From assembly GCA_964106645.2 (NCBI GenBank), contig OZ067041.1: a stretch of DNA of 64,000 nucleotides; one strand, 5' to 3'. Source of the DNA: Podarcis pityusensis (Eukaryota). The notes under the pieces are model-generated. The model did not search any database and was not told where the DNA came from. It was given only the letters and a program-made list of their open reading frames with translations. Below, in pieces: positions 1 through 10,693 of this stretch; within the stretch, counting starts at the first letter, position 1; each line of letters begins with the position of its first letter. The position numbers and the translations under genes are program-made.

Positions 1-100
1 GTTCCGGCACCTCTCAAGTGTGAGCCATTGTCATTATAAGAGAATAAGGCAGGCATTCATGTTGAGTTCCAGCACCTCTTTTTCTAGAAAAATAGCACTG
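1..100. mobile_element. End of a short non-autonomous DNA element (hAT-like MITE), truncated by the window edge
   Basis: Repeated GTTCC(G/A)GCACCTCT motif and terminus ...AAAAATAGCACTG, the reverse complement of a CAGTGCT- type TIR. Confidence 0.45.
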
Positions 101-791
101 TAAAAAATGTTTCTCAGTAGGGATGCTTGAGTATTTTGTTCAATCTGCATTTTTAAGCAAGTCAGCCTGATTTGCATTTCCTGGACTAATATGTAGATTG
201 GAATGCAGTGATCCTTCAGTTTTACACTTCACTGAATTTTGCGATATCATTCTCAGTTCAACAAACAAAGCAAGATGCACATTTCAGTTTAAATGTACAT
301 ACAAAAAGGTCTTTTCAGATAAAATACAATGTGTATATGATAAAAAGAAGGCATTGAATGGTGCAGAAACGGGATGGAGCAGACTTATGAATGAACGCAT
401 GCAAAGCTGACAGGAACTGAAAATAGATTGATCCTTCCATCACTAGTTCAGTGGTCACCTTTTCGACAAAGCGTTCAAAACAGCCAACAAAGCAGTGCAA
501 GAAAATTGTTTTAGAAGGTTAAAGCAGAAAGAAAAACAAGAAGCAATGAGATTAAAGTGATCCAGCCCAAAACTATTTTCACCTGGGTTTGAAAGGACAA
601 CAAAGCAAAAGCCAGTTGTATGTCCCTAGCGAGGGTACATCCCACAACCAAGGTGCCATCACAGAAAAAGGCCCTTTTCTGATTCCCTACCTGGTTCACT
701 TCTGAAGGCAATGGTTCCTGGAGCAGAATCTCTCATGCACATCTTGATGACAGGGCAGATCACCATTAACCACCTCTGATCCTAAAAAGAT

Positions 792-939
792 GACCTGGAT
801 AGCTCAGCTGATTAGAGCATGGTTCTGATAACGCCAAAGTTGGAGGTTCAATCCCTGTATGGGACAGCTGCATATTCCTGCACTGCAGAGGATTGGAATA
901 GATGATCCTAAGGGTCCCTTCCAACTCTTATGATATGAT
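792..939 (+). mobile_element. SINE with tRNA-Ile-like head and CR1-type 3' tail
   Basis: TAGCTCAGCTGATTAGAGCATGGTTCTGATAACGCCAAAGTTGGAGGTTCAATCCC (A/B boxes, Ile-like anticodon arm), then ATTCCTGCACTGCAG...GGTCCCTTCCAACTCT, shared with the CR1 ends in this window. Confidence 0.8.
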
Positions 940-1948
940 CTCTGCAATGTTACAGTAAGGTAATACAATATGTTATGACCCTGACGTTGTGGCTAGCATA
1001 CCCTTGCCATTGTAAGCACTGGCTTGCCCACTCAGCAAGTCTTGGGACTAGGCCATTAAGTTTCCATTTGCAAGACAGCCTGAGTTCTCCACTTCAGTGA
1101 TCTCCTGCATTCAGGATGGGCTGATTAAAAAGAACAACAACACCGAGTCCAGTGCATTCACCCAGAACAGTATCCACTTCTTTCATTCTACCAGGAGTAA
1201 AAGCATTAGCATTTTATCTTAGCTGATGATGGGGCCTACTGCTGCATCCCTTACTCATAGCTTGTAGTAATTATTTAATTACTCACATGAATAGTTCTAT
1301 TTAGGCACTTGCAAAATTAGCAAGTATAACCAAATGCCAGCCTCATGAGTGAGCTGACATTTGTACGTAGCCACTCATGTTGCTGTAGCAGCACTCTATG
1401 AAGGTTAGAATCCCCTGTTCCCAATGGAAAGAGCATCTTCTCTCACTCACTGATGTTGGCAGAAAGGCATTGCCCCAAATGGCCTTGTTAGCTGTCGTTA
1501 TTCAGACACCCATATAATCAGGCAAACAAGTTACATGGCTCCAGCAAACCACTGCTGTGATAAAAGACAGCATGGAGTGAAAAAAACGAATCTCCAAGCA
1601 ATCACTTTTTAAAGCAAAACTGTTTGCTGTCACTCTCTGTTCCAGCAGCACTAATTTCAAAAGTAGCCAGGCCCATCATGCTGCTCCATTTAATAAAGTC
1701 ATATGATTTCACGGGTTTCTCAGGCACAATCCCTTAAGCATACAGGACATTTCTTATAGCTGAATTTGAATGACAATTTGTCTGATAGATGAGTTCATGT
1801 TCTGCAGCAATAGAGTCCTGAAAGATCCTGGATTTGCATTATATGAGGTGTAAATTTGTTCTAGGTCCTTTATTTCCCCTTCTTCTTACACTACCCCCTT
1901 ATCATATGTCAGAAGAAAGAACCAGGCGGTTCTTCCTTTGGAGCCAGA

Positions 1949-2554
1949 GGCTGCGTACATGCTATACCTTCAAAGCACATTTGAAGCTCATTTCCTTCAA
2001 AGAATTCTAGGCACTCTAGTTTATCCCCCACCTCCCCCAGAGTTACAATTCCCAGCAATCCTTAATAAACTACAGTGCCCAGAATCCTTTGAAGGAAAGA
2101 ATGTGTTTTGAATGTGCTTTAAAGGTATATACATGGGCATAGTCAGGATTTTTGTTTGTGGGGGGGGCAGAACCATCGTGATTGGTCAGTTAAGTATTTC
2201 TATTGCTTTACTTGATCTAGAGGGGCAGCTGCTTCCCCCCTTACGCTCATGGATATAAAGCAGGGGGTGGCAAGGTTTACCTTTCCTGGGCCGGTTCACT
2301 CCAGCGGATATCCCTCCGTCAGCTGGATTGTGCGCATATGTGTGGTTTCCGGAGTCTGTGCAGACGCGATTTCTGGCGCTGCAAAAGCGAGTCCCCATGC
2401 CGTGCCGCGCTGGTTTAGCGCAGCGCGCAGGGACTTGCCAAGCAGGTGGCTCAGTTCAGGGGCGGCTTGTGGGCCAGTTAAATGACCCCCGTGGGCTGCT
2501 TGTGCCCCATGGGCCTTTGGTTGCTGACCCCTGGTAAATAGTATGTACACAGCC
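1949..2554. mobile_element. Palindromic MITE (GGCTGYGTAC...GTACACAGCC ends, Harbinger-like) interrupted by two hAT-like MITEs
   Basis: Internal inverted arms (AAAGCACATTTGAAGC / GTTTTGAATGTGCTTT) and inverted termini; inserts at 2132-2251 and 2261-2533. Confidence 0.5.
2261..2533 (+). mobile_element. hAT-like MITE, ~270 bp
   Basis: TIRs CAGGGGGTGGCAA / TTGCTGACCCCTG; a homologous copy at 34244-34965 has an 8-bp TSD. Confidence 0.75.
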
Positions 2555-2715
2555 TTAAACTGCAGTTCTAACCCCTGCAGCGAGTCTCACTGAATTCAAT
2601 AGAATGTTTGTATGAATACGCATGGTTAGGATTGCGCTGTTAACTGCTCTACCTGTGAGCTATTGGCTCTCTCAGTTTTTGGCAACAAGACTATGCCCTG
2701 CCCAATGCTTTTTTT

Positions 2716-3061
2716 CTAGAACCCTCAAAGTGTCCCTATTTTCCAGGGACAGTCCTGGATTTACAGAAGCCATCCTGGTTTTTTATTTGATTCTGGAATG
2801 TCCTGCTTTTGAACGTCCCTATTTTCATTAGAGAAATGTTGGAGGATATGGTAGGACCTCCCTATTTTTATCAGAGAAATGTTGGAGGGTAAGGAGTTAT
2901 GTGACTCCTGAACCAAGGAGATAAGTAACTATACAACCTTTGGAAGACATCTGAAGACAGCCCTGTATCATTTTATTATGTTTTTACTTACAGTACTTTG
3001 AAATATTATTATTACTGAATAAGACAGCCCTATTTTCGTAAGAGAAATGTTGGAGGGTATG
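2716..3061 (+). mobile_element. Non-autonomous DNA element (GTTGGAGGGTATG terminus) with an internal L2-derived segment
   Basis: Three copies of CCCTATTTT..AGAGAAATGTTGGAGG(G/A)TA; homologous to 38273-39048 and 59256-59416. Confidence 0.6.
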
Positions 3062-3413
3062 GGGCAATCACCATGAAGTTTTATTCTGTTGCTTTCCTCA
3101 TCAGTGGGCTTATTTTATTGAGCTTATCTGAAAAAACATTGGCATCTTCAATCTGGATTAAAAAAGGAACACATTTTGCTTTCGGAATTAAGTTTGACAA
3201 GGCTTTCCCTTTGTGGTTCAAGCCATTCGGTCCACTTTATCAGGGTTTTCCAACCGTCCCTATAATTTGCTATAGCAGAATAAATATTAATCTGGAAGGA
3301 AGGGGTCTCACTCTAGACTCGCATACGATTTTCCACACTGAATATATTGAACTGTGTTGTCCAACAGCAGCAGTCTCCATCTGAATTTGCTTTGACAGTT
3401 ATTTTGAGGGCTG

Positions 3414-3415
<2 letters not shown>

Positions 3416-3447
<32 letters not shown>
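3416..3447. repeat. (CA)n microsatellite
   Basis: Seen directly. Confidence 0.95.
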
Positions 3448-3449
<2 letters not shown>

Positions 3450-4177
3450 CATTCTAAAGGAACAAAGCCTTCTTTTCAGCATTTACATAGCATTTGATTA
3501 GGCGTGATGAGAGCACTGATTGCCCTCTGGAGTGCAAAGCTGAACTTGGTGATCAAAAGCATTAATGCCATAGATGATAATCGGTTGCTAAAGTGCTGTG
3601 CTGGAGAGGTGACTCTCAGCCTCAAAGGCAGCACAGGGCTCTCTCTCTCTCTCCCTCCCTCCCTCTCTCCAAGTTTGGTGGCCTTGGAGGTATTTGGATC
3701 AGTTCGAGAATAAAGAGCCTCTCTGTGATGATTTGGCTACGTAAGGGATTTTGACCGGGATCCTTTATAGCAAGGAGACTGTGAACAATTGCGTTCCCCG
3801 TAGAGCCCGATCATTAAAGATTCAGTGATGCTTTTAGGGGTGACTGGCGCTCCTGCCACCAGCTAAAGATTAATGACTTGTGTGTAGGATGGCTTAAACA
3901 GATGCTTTTGTTACCTAGGCAATACCCCAGCTGGATGGAATGTATCTTGCAAGCTCCGTCTGCTAGGATGAGTTTTTGAGAGCCAAGGCTGGTCCTGAGA
4001 TAATGCCCCTTTCCATTCAATATAGCTGATTCTGCAAATTTTTGGACTTCAGGCTGATGTGAGACCTTTCCTGACAAACTCAGCATCAATGGAAAAAGGT
4101 CCTCCCATAGTAGGAGTTTAGAAAGTTATTTCTGTGGCAGGTAAATCAAAGCAAGATTCTTAAATGGGCAAAGCCAA

Positions 4178-4395
4178 CACAACTACAGAGGAAATAAAAT
4201 AAATAAATAAATAGTCCAGTAGCCCGTTAGAGACCAACTAAGTTTGTTCCGGGTATAATCTTTCGTTTGCAAGCTTATACCCAGAACAAACTTAGTTGGT
4301 CTCTAAGGTGCTTCTGGACAATTTTTTATTTTTTATTTTTATTTTGACTGTGTCAGACCAACATGGCTACCTACTTGAATCCACAACTACAGAGG
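4178..4395 (+). mobile_element. Penelope-like element pLTR foldback insertion, older subfamily, hammerhead core lost at the apex
   Basis: Imperfect inverted repeat (TAGAGACCAACTAAGTTTGTT / AACAAACTTAGTTGGTCTCTA), tail GACTGTGTCAGACCAACATGGCTACCTAC, 14-bp TSD CACAACTACAGAGG at 4178-4191 and 4382-4395. Confidence 0.75.
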
Positions 4396-4709
4396 GCCAT
4401 GTTTTGGAATAGAAAACCTACTGTGCTCAGGTCCTGCTTTCAGACTTCCCGTGTGAGAAGAGAATGGAGAGCTAGATGGGACTTTGACCTAATACAGTAG
4501 GGCTCTTCTCCTATTCTATTCTACTGGATTAAGGCAGCAGTTTAATCATTTAATCAACTGTTCAGCTGTAAATGTCAGTTTGTTTCAGTGCTGCAAGAAA
4601 TCCAGATGTTTGTGCTGTCACTGGAATACCAGGCCACAACAGAGGAGGCCTGCTTACAAAATCTGAAATGCTTCGTCCTTGTTGCAGAAACTCCTGCCTA
4701 CAGGCTTGC

Positions 4710-4954
4710 TATTAAAAAGCTACAGATAGGTAGCCGTGTTGGTCTGCCATAGTCAAAATAAAAAAAATCCTTCCAGTAGCACCTTTAAGACCAACTAAGT
4801 TAGTTCTTGGTATGAGCTTTCGTGTGCAAGCACACTTCTTCAGATACTTCTTCAGGTATCTGAAGAAGTGTGCTTGCACACGAAAGCTCATACCAAGAAC
4901 TAACTTAGTTGGTCTTAAAGGTGCTACTGGAAGGATTTTTTTTATTAAAAAGCT
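4710..4954 (-). mobile_element. Penelope-like element pLTR foldback insertion (young)
   Basis: Perfect 91-bp inverted arms at 4757-4847 and 4856-4946 around an 8-nt loop; unpaired tail 4722-4756; 12-bp TSD TATTAAAAAGCT at 4710-4721 and 4943-4954. Confidence 0.85.
4856..4893 (+). ncRNA. Minimal type I hammerhead ribozyme motif (mirror copy on the - strand at 4810-4847)
   Basis: GTAT-CTGAAGA-A-GTGTG(CTTG)CACAC-GAAA-GCTC-ATAC: stem I GTAT/ATAC, CUGANGA core, stem II, GAAA, palindromic AGCT in place of stem III; predicted cleavage after C4889. Confidence 0.75.
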
Positions 4955-5594
4955 GTTTGGGGTGTTCAACTTTAGTGATAAACAAAAACAAAGGCGTTTA
5001 GTTCCATTCAGTTCTGTGTGCTTTGCTCTAAGTCATAATTTTTCTTTGCATAATTCCCCTAACAATCATGAGATTCTTTCCCCAAATCAAGTCACTAGAT
5101 GAGTAGGCATGCCACTTACTACTAGAGGGGCAGCCATACTACAAGCAAAATTATTATTATTTCTGTTTATATAGTCACTTATCAATAAATATTCCCTGGG
5201 TAGCCTATAGCAAGATATTAAAAATGCAATATACATTAGTAATTAAAAACAATTGAGGAAGAATAAAGAGGAGAGAAAAAACTTCAGTGTATAATGGCAG
5301 CATAAAATAGTTTGCAACCACTAACACTGGTAGGGCAGAAGGCAGGGAGACTAACTGTAGGTGGTGCCAGAGCCAAGGATAGCCAGAGACAACTAATTAT
5401 AGGTTTGTCCCCACCCGCCTCCCTGAAGAATTATACAAGTAGGAAATCACTGAAATTAAGGAGGAGGAACTGACAAACAGCACCACCTGCTGGACTGGAT
5501 GTAAATAAAAAGGAAGCCAGGTGGGAGCTGGCTGAGGGCAGCCTGGGGTTGGTGGCGCAGTGCCCTATTTGGCCTAATGTAGCATGCAGCACTA

Positions 5595-5955
5595 TAAAGG
5601 GACACAGGTGGCGCTGTGGGTTAAACCACAGAGCCTAGGACTTGCCGATCAGAAGGTCAGTGGTTCGAATCCCCGCAATGGGGTGAGCTCCCGTTGTTCG
5701 GTCCCTGCTCCTGCCCACCTAGCAGTTTGAAAGCATGTCAAAGTGCAAGTAGATAAATAGGTACCGCTCCGGCGGGAAGGTAAACAGCGTTTCTGTGCAC
5801 TGTTCTGGTTTGCCAGAAGCGGCTTAGTCATGCTGGCCACATGACCCGGAAGCTGTACGCTGGCTCCCTCGGTCAAGAAAGCAAGATGAGTGCCGCAACC
5901 CCAGAGTCGGTCACGACTGGACCTAATGGTCAGGGGTCCCTTTACCTTTTACCAG
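5595..5955 (+). mobile_element. Sauria SINE, full length
   Basis: GGGACACAGGTGGCGCTGTGGGTTAAACC...GGTTCGAATCCC head, typical body, (TTTACC)n tail; 9-bp TSD GCAGCACTA at 5586-5594 and 5956-5964. Confidence 0.9.
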
Positions 5956-6743
5956 GCAGCACTAGCCTGATGGTCCATCAGAGCTCAGATGATATATTTT
6001 ATAAGTCAGGTTTCCTGATTTTCAAGACATTTCCTAGAAGAAAGTTCCACTGATGGGAGTGGGGGTTGTTAAGGAATGCAGTTAATAGGTTAACTCTTCA
6101 CGAATCAGCAGAGGTGGCTCATTCACCACAATGCATCTGCAGGCATCTTGTGACTATCTTATGTGTTACTGGGCAGATTTGGCGAGTAACTTTGTGTTTA
6201 AAAGGTCTCATGTTAGACCCTACTGTGTGGCTTGTGTTAGGAGATTGTAGGAATCTATCTGCTGGAAATGTGGATTCCAGTGAAGCCATTTTGAAAAAGT
6301 TCTCTGAGAAAGAAGTTGGAAAATTCCCAGACTTTCGAACTCAGAGAACTCTAGCAGTTGCAGGGCTTTGCAAGCAACTCAGCTTAGAACGTCTCTGTGG
6401 ACTTTAACACAGTAAGAACTTGGAAACAAAGAGCACTCTCTGGGCTCAGAGGGAGAGAAGATTACTTGTAACATCTATTATTTGCATGTATATATAGTGG
6501 TGTATGTTGGTGTTGGCCTAGTAGAGACAACTCTGCAAAAGTCTGATTTCTGTGGTGAGCTTTTGGGATGCATACACCCAACACCCCAACAAGGGTGTGA
6601 CTTCTTAATATCATTTGTCAAACTGCTCAATAAATTGAGTATTGGGTAGCTACAACACAGCCCATTTCAGAGGTGCACATTTCCCTTTGCCGGCCTTGAA
6701 ATGGGGAAAGGAAAGGGTTCAAAAAGCTCCAACGCTATGCTAC

Positions 6744-7001
6744 TATAGAATTGTAGAGTTGGAAATGACCCTAAGGGTAATCTAGTCCAATCCTCTGCAA
6801 TGCAAAAATCTCAACTAAAGCATCCAAGACCATCCAACCTCTGCTTAAAGATCTCCAGTTAAGGAGAGTCCACAACCTCCGGAGAGAGACCGTTCCACTG
6901 TCCAGCAGCTCTTACTGTCAGAAAGTTCCTCTTGATGTTTAGTCGGAATCTTTAGTCCGAAGTCATTGGTTCGAGTCCTACCCTCCAGAGCAGGAAAAAA
7001 C
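6744..7001 (-). mobile_element. CR1 LINE 3' fragment
   Basis: Reverse complement of the CR1 3' end (ATAGAATTGTAGAGTTGGAA...TCTAGTCCAA) plus ORF2 C-terminal sequence. Confidence 0.8.
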
Positions 7002-7351
7002 ACAGCGACTGACACAGACCGGTATCCAACACCAGCACTGAAAATCATAGTTTGGATCGCGTCTTCCCGTCCTGGAGGTTCACAAGGCAGCCATTCTTCC
7101 CTCATTTCCTTTTGCAGCCGAAGCCCAAGCTCATCGGAGGCCTCCAACCAGCAACACAGCTCCTTCCTGCGCCACCGCCAAGTTCATGGACGGACTCCGT
7201 CTCCAACTTCGAGGGGACGGTGCCTCCTTTGCGCCGGCAGAGGGCGCCGCGGCTCACGGTTTGGCCGCCGCAGTGGGAACGGCAGAGCCGGCTGAGAGCG
7301 GAGGCGCTGGGAGGCAGCGGGCGCCGCTGGGTGGCCGCTCCCTGCGCCGCT

Positions 7352-7358
7352 TATATAG
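7352..7358 (+). promoter_or_regulatory. TATA box
   Basis: Isolated TATATAG in GC-rich context, ~35 bp upstream of an initiator-like TCATCAGTC. Confidence 0.6.
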
Positions 7359-7384
7359 CTCCGCATCCCTTTGCGCGCGGCGCT

Positions 7385-7515
7385 GTCATCAGTCGGGGCG
7401 GGGGAGCCGGAGCTGCGCGAGTGCCGCGGCTCGGAGTGCGAGGACTGGCGAGGGGGGGAGGCGGCTCTTTGTCCTGCCAAGGGAGGAACAGGAGGCAGCT
7501 CCTCCGCGGAACCAG
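7385..7515 (+). other. Candidate non-coding first exon (5' UTR); start approximate
   Basis: Lies downstream of the TATA box, contains no ATG, ends at donor CAG|GTAGGT (GT at 7516-7517). Confidence 0.6.
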
Positions 7516-8964
7516 GTAGGTCCCTTCTCCAGCATCCTTTCCTCCTCGCTTAACGCGCACACTTTGGGTACCAACCCGCCAGAGATGCTCGCTGCAGCAT
7601 CCTTTCAGGGAGGTGATGCTCAGCAGCCGCGCGTTGGACTTAACGGCGGGGTGGGGTGGGGTGCGGTGCGGGCAGAGGACGGGGCGGCTTCGGGGGTCCC
7701 TGTGCCCACTTGCGCGCGTGGGGGGGGGGGAGAGAAGAGATGTTGAGAAAGGCTGTGATGGGTCAGGTTCACTCGAAGGCTCTGGGCGGTCTGCCGGCTT
7801 CCCTCGGATAAACCTCCCCCGCCCGCCCCCGCGGCAGCTTCTCAACATTATTTCCTCCTGCGCAAGTTTTTAAGCCTGCTGGCTCTCTTTTCCCTCCTTC
7901 TTCTCCCCAGTCACCTGCTCCTAACACGAGGAGGTGCCTTCAGGACGCCAAAGCGGCTGGTTCTCAGCGTAGGACCCAAACAAGCCCTCTCCTCTCCCCA
8001 TCACTCCCTCCCTCCCTCTCCAACATATACACTCCCGGGCAGGCAAAGACTAAATTAGCCGAATAGACATAACAGCAGCAGCAGCAGCAGCACCAAAATA
8101 ACCTCACGCCCGGCTTTTTTTGTTTTTGTTTTTGTGGGCAGATTGACTCTGGCAGTGATCATCCCATCCCCGACTCCGCTCCCCTTTCCCCGACAGCTGT
8201 TCAGATGGGATAGGAAAGAGGAGGTGCCTTGCTTTCTTTCATGCAGGCGTATTATCTGCTCCCCCACCCATCGACCCCAGTCTTAGGGGGCAAAAGAGAC
8301 TCTTCTCTGTCTCATTCTCTCCCCCCCCCCGCCCCATGTTGCCTGCAATAACAAGCAGCCTCTTTCGGTATCTTCCTAGCAGGAGAACAAAAAGTGGTCG
8401 GTGGCCTCTGCCTCGTGGAAGCGCTGCGTTCAGTTTCCTTCTTAGGCTGGACAGCCCCCTGCGCCCAATGATCCGCCTAGGCAGCGTGGAGGTGCTGGTG
8501 AATCCAACCACCATAGATGGTGGCATTGTCTGCGCAGGATACTTGACTTGTAGTGCTGCTGTGTATTTGAGCTGACTGGCAGAGGTAGCCAACGTGGTGC
8601 CCCCTCTATATGTTGGACCATCCAGCACCATGAGTAATGGTCAGAGAAAATAGGAGTGGGAATTCACCAACATCTGGAGGATGCCTGCTGTAAGGCTTTA
8701 CCTCTGCCGATTATATACAGGACTACCTATGGCTTGTAAATTGGTTTATGATATTGAATGCAGTCTATTGTTGACACGGGTCACTATTCCTGTTTTTGAT
8801 GGAGAACTGCAGTTGAGTGCATTAGCCACATGATGGAAAAGATGCTTAATAAGTGACTTTTTTTAGAGAGAGAGTGACAGGGAGAATAATCTAGGAAAAT
8901 GTATTTATCCTGCAGTGATGTAGAATTCCCTGTGCACATTCTACCTTATTCATATGAACTCAGT

Positions 8965-9142
8965 AGATGGCTTAGGCAAGTGACTATCTCTGGCTTCAGC
9001 ATTCAACTCCCATCTGCCATAGGGGGCGTGGGATGCTAATATGCCCTGACCTATCTTAAAGGGTTGTTGTCAGGATTACTGAGATGATGTCACACAAAGC
9101 GCCTTGAATACTTAAGTGCTATATAAATGCTAATTATTATGA
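8965..9142 (+). mobile_element. Old MIR/CORE-like SINE fragment
   Basis: GGCAAGTGACT...AGGGTTGTTGTCAGGATTA...TGCTATATAAATGCTAATTATTAT, resembling MIR/L2 ends. Confidence 0.5.
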
Positions 9143-9408
9143 TTGGAAATGCTGGGAAGATGAAAATACCTGATAACTACCTGTGAGTATTCTACCCTGC
9201 TGCCACCACCATTGTGAGAGCCACAGATTGGGACAGCTGCTCCATGCAGCTGCTGCCCAGTCTTGGGAAGGGAAAGAATAAATTGTGCTCTACATTCTGT
9301 ACACACACTTTTTAAAGAGAGAGAAATGCATGGGGATTATGCCAGTGTAAGAAGGATCTAATGTATGAGAGCAGTCCATGGAACACAGAAGTAAAACCAA
9401 GTCTAAAA

Positions 9409-9490
9409 CGGCAATCCGACAAACTCTTACCTAAGAGTCCCATTGAATTCAGTGGGAATTACCTCTGAGTACATCTGTGTAGGATTGCAT
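9409..9490. mobile_element. ~85-bp hairpin interspersed repeat (degenerate copies near 2560, 11965, 49600, 55060, 63815)
   Basis: GCAATCC...CCCATTGAATTCAGTGGG...GGATTGC self-complementary layout, recurring in the window. Confidence 0.55.
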
Positions 9491-9832
9491 TGTGTAACTC
9501 TCTCAGCACTAGACTACATCGTCTTCATTTTCTAGAGTATTGCTGCCACTAATGTAATCTTGAAAACAACTCTACTCAGTAGTTATTAGCATTTAATGGG
9601 TGTGGAATTGAGATGGGGAGATATCAACCGGCTGAGGGCTAAAACAGGACTTAATTCCAAGTCTCTCAGCTTCAGCTTAAGGTAGAATCCCCTAAATAAA
9701 ATGTTTTAAGAACTGTTTGTTTTTGTTCCCTTAAGTCTAAACTTTGTTCAGGGTTATGAAGCTGACTGGCCATAAAGGCAGGGTTTCTTTTGTTTTGAAA
9801 CCTCAATTGGTAATATTTCTAAAGGCTAGTTT

Positions 9833-9846
9833 GTGTGTGTGTGTGT

Positions 9847-9885
<39 letters not shown>
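9833..9885. repeat. (TG)n microsatellite
   Basis: Seen directly. Confidence 0.95.
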
Positions 9886-9887
<2 letters not shown>

Positions 9888-9934
9888 CATCCCCCTCACT
9901 TGATTTCTCTTGAGAAATTTCATGCTTGAGAAGA

Positions 9935-10110
9935 AGCTGGAGCTGATGAGTAGAGCATACATTTTGCATGTTCATGGTCCCCAATTTCAATCTCAGGCTA
10001 GGGCTGGGAGAGAACCCTGCCTGAAACCCTGGAGATCTGCTGCCTGTCAGAGTAGACAGAACTTGGCTAGATGGACCATTGATCTGATTCCATATAAGGT
10101 AGCTTTGTAC
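9935..10110 (+). mobile_element. tRNA-derived squamate SINE (Squam3-like), degenerate
   Basis: TAGAGCAT...CCTGAAACCCTGGAGA..TGCTGCC...GCTAGATGGACC; same family at 14030-14215, 15142-15290, 34075-34986 and 50137-50412. Confidence 0.65.
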
Positions 10111-10191
10111 ATTCCTTCATTACTGTATGTAGGGGGTGGCAGCTGAATGTGTGAATGAATTCCATGAGTACAATTGTGTTGGATGCTATAT

Positions 10192-10466
10192 CAAAGAGCT
10201 GCCTGTGGAAATCGAAAGCTTATCAGCATTAGTAGATAAATAGGTAACACTGCAGCGGGAAGGTAAATGGCGTTTCTGTGTGCTTTGGCTTCCACCACTG
10301 TGTCCTGTTGCGCCAGAAGTGGTTTAGTCATGCTGGCCACATGACCTGGAAAGCTGTCTGTGGACAAACACCGGCTCCCTCTGCCTGAAGGGAGATGAGC
10401 ACCACAACCCATAGTCGCCTTTGATGGACTAAACCATCCAGGGGTCCTTTATGTTACCTTACCCTA
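10192..10466 (+). mobile_element. 5'-truncated Sauria SINE (variant subfamily)
   Basis: AGTAGATAAATAGGTA...TTAGTCATGCTGGCCACATGACC...CAGGGGTCCTTT; probable TSD TTGGATG(C/G)TATAT at 10179-10191 and 10467-10479. Confidence 0.8.
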
Positions 10467-10693
10467 TTGGATGGTATATGCAAGCTATCGGTAGATGTTG
10501 AAATGAGCCAACCCTGTTATGGAAATGATTCCAATCATTGTCACACATGGCATGCTTTTAATATCCCCTGTGCTATTTGTTTGTGGGGTTGTGATGTTGT
10601 CTAGCTTTTGCACAGTCTCTCAAATGAGGATGTAATGTGTTAGCTGTATTCAGAGCAGTAGTGGTCCAGCGTTGCAGGGGGAGTTGAAGACCC

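Larger units (their letters stand above)
7050..8500. promoter_or_regulatory. CpG island / probable promoter of an unidentified + strand host gene
   Basis: Sharp rise in GC and CpG density relative to the rest of the window; GC boxes (GGGGCGGGG); not repeat-derived. Confidence 0.85.

Noticed and set aside
792-866. tRNA-Ile gene, and likewise tRNA-Lys at ~10694-10766
   Set aside because: Stems are mutated and both run into a CR1 tail with no oligo-T terminator; they are SINE heads
3503-3545. Box C/D snoRNA (GTGATGA ... CTGA)
   Set aside because: Boxes only ~40 nt apart and no convincing terminal stem
4712-5102. Mirror ORFs on both strands (..KKILPVAPLRPTKLVLGMSFRVQAHFFRY..), also at 61936-62178
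   Set aside because: Artefact of the perfect palindrome; no protein motif
6067-6657. Possible solo LTR (TG...CA, AATAAA near 6629)
   Set aside because: No matching TSD found and no second copy in the window
6966-8631. Overlapping 100-186 aa ORFs
   Set aside because: Expected stop-codon scarcity in a CpG island; low-complexity R/G/A/P peptides with mostly non-ATG starts
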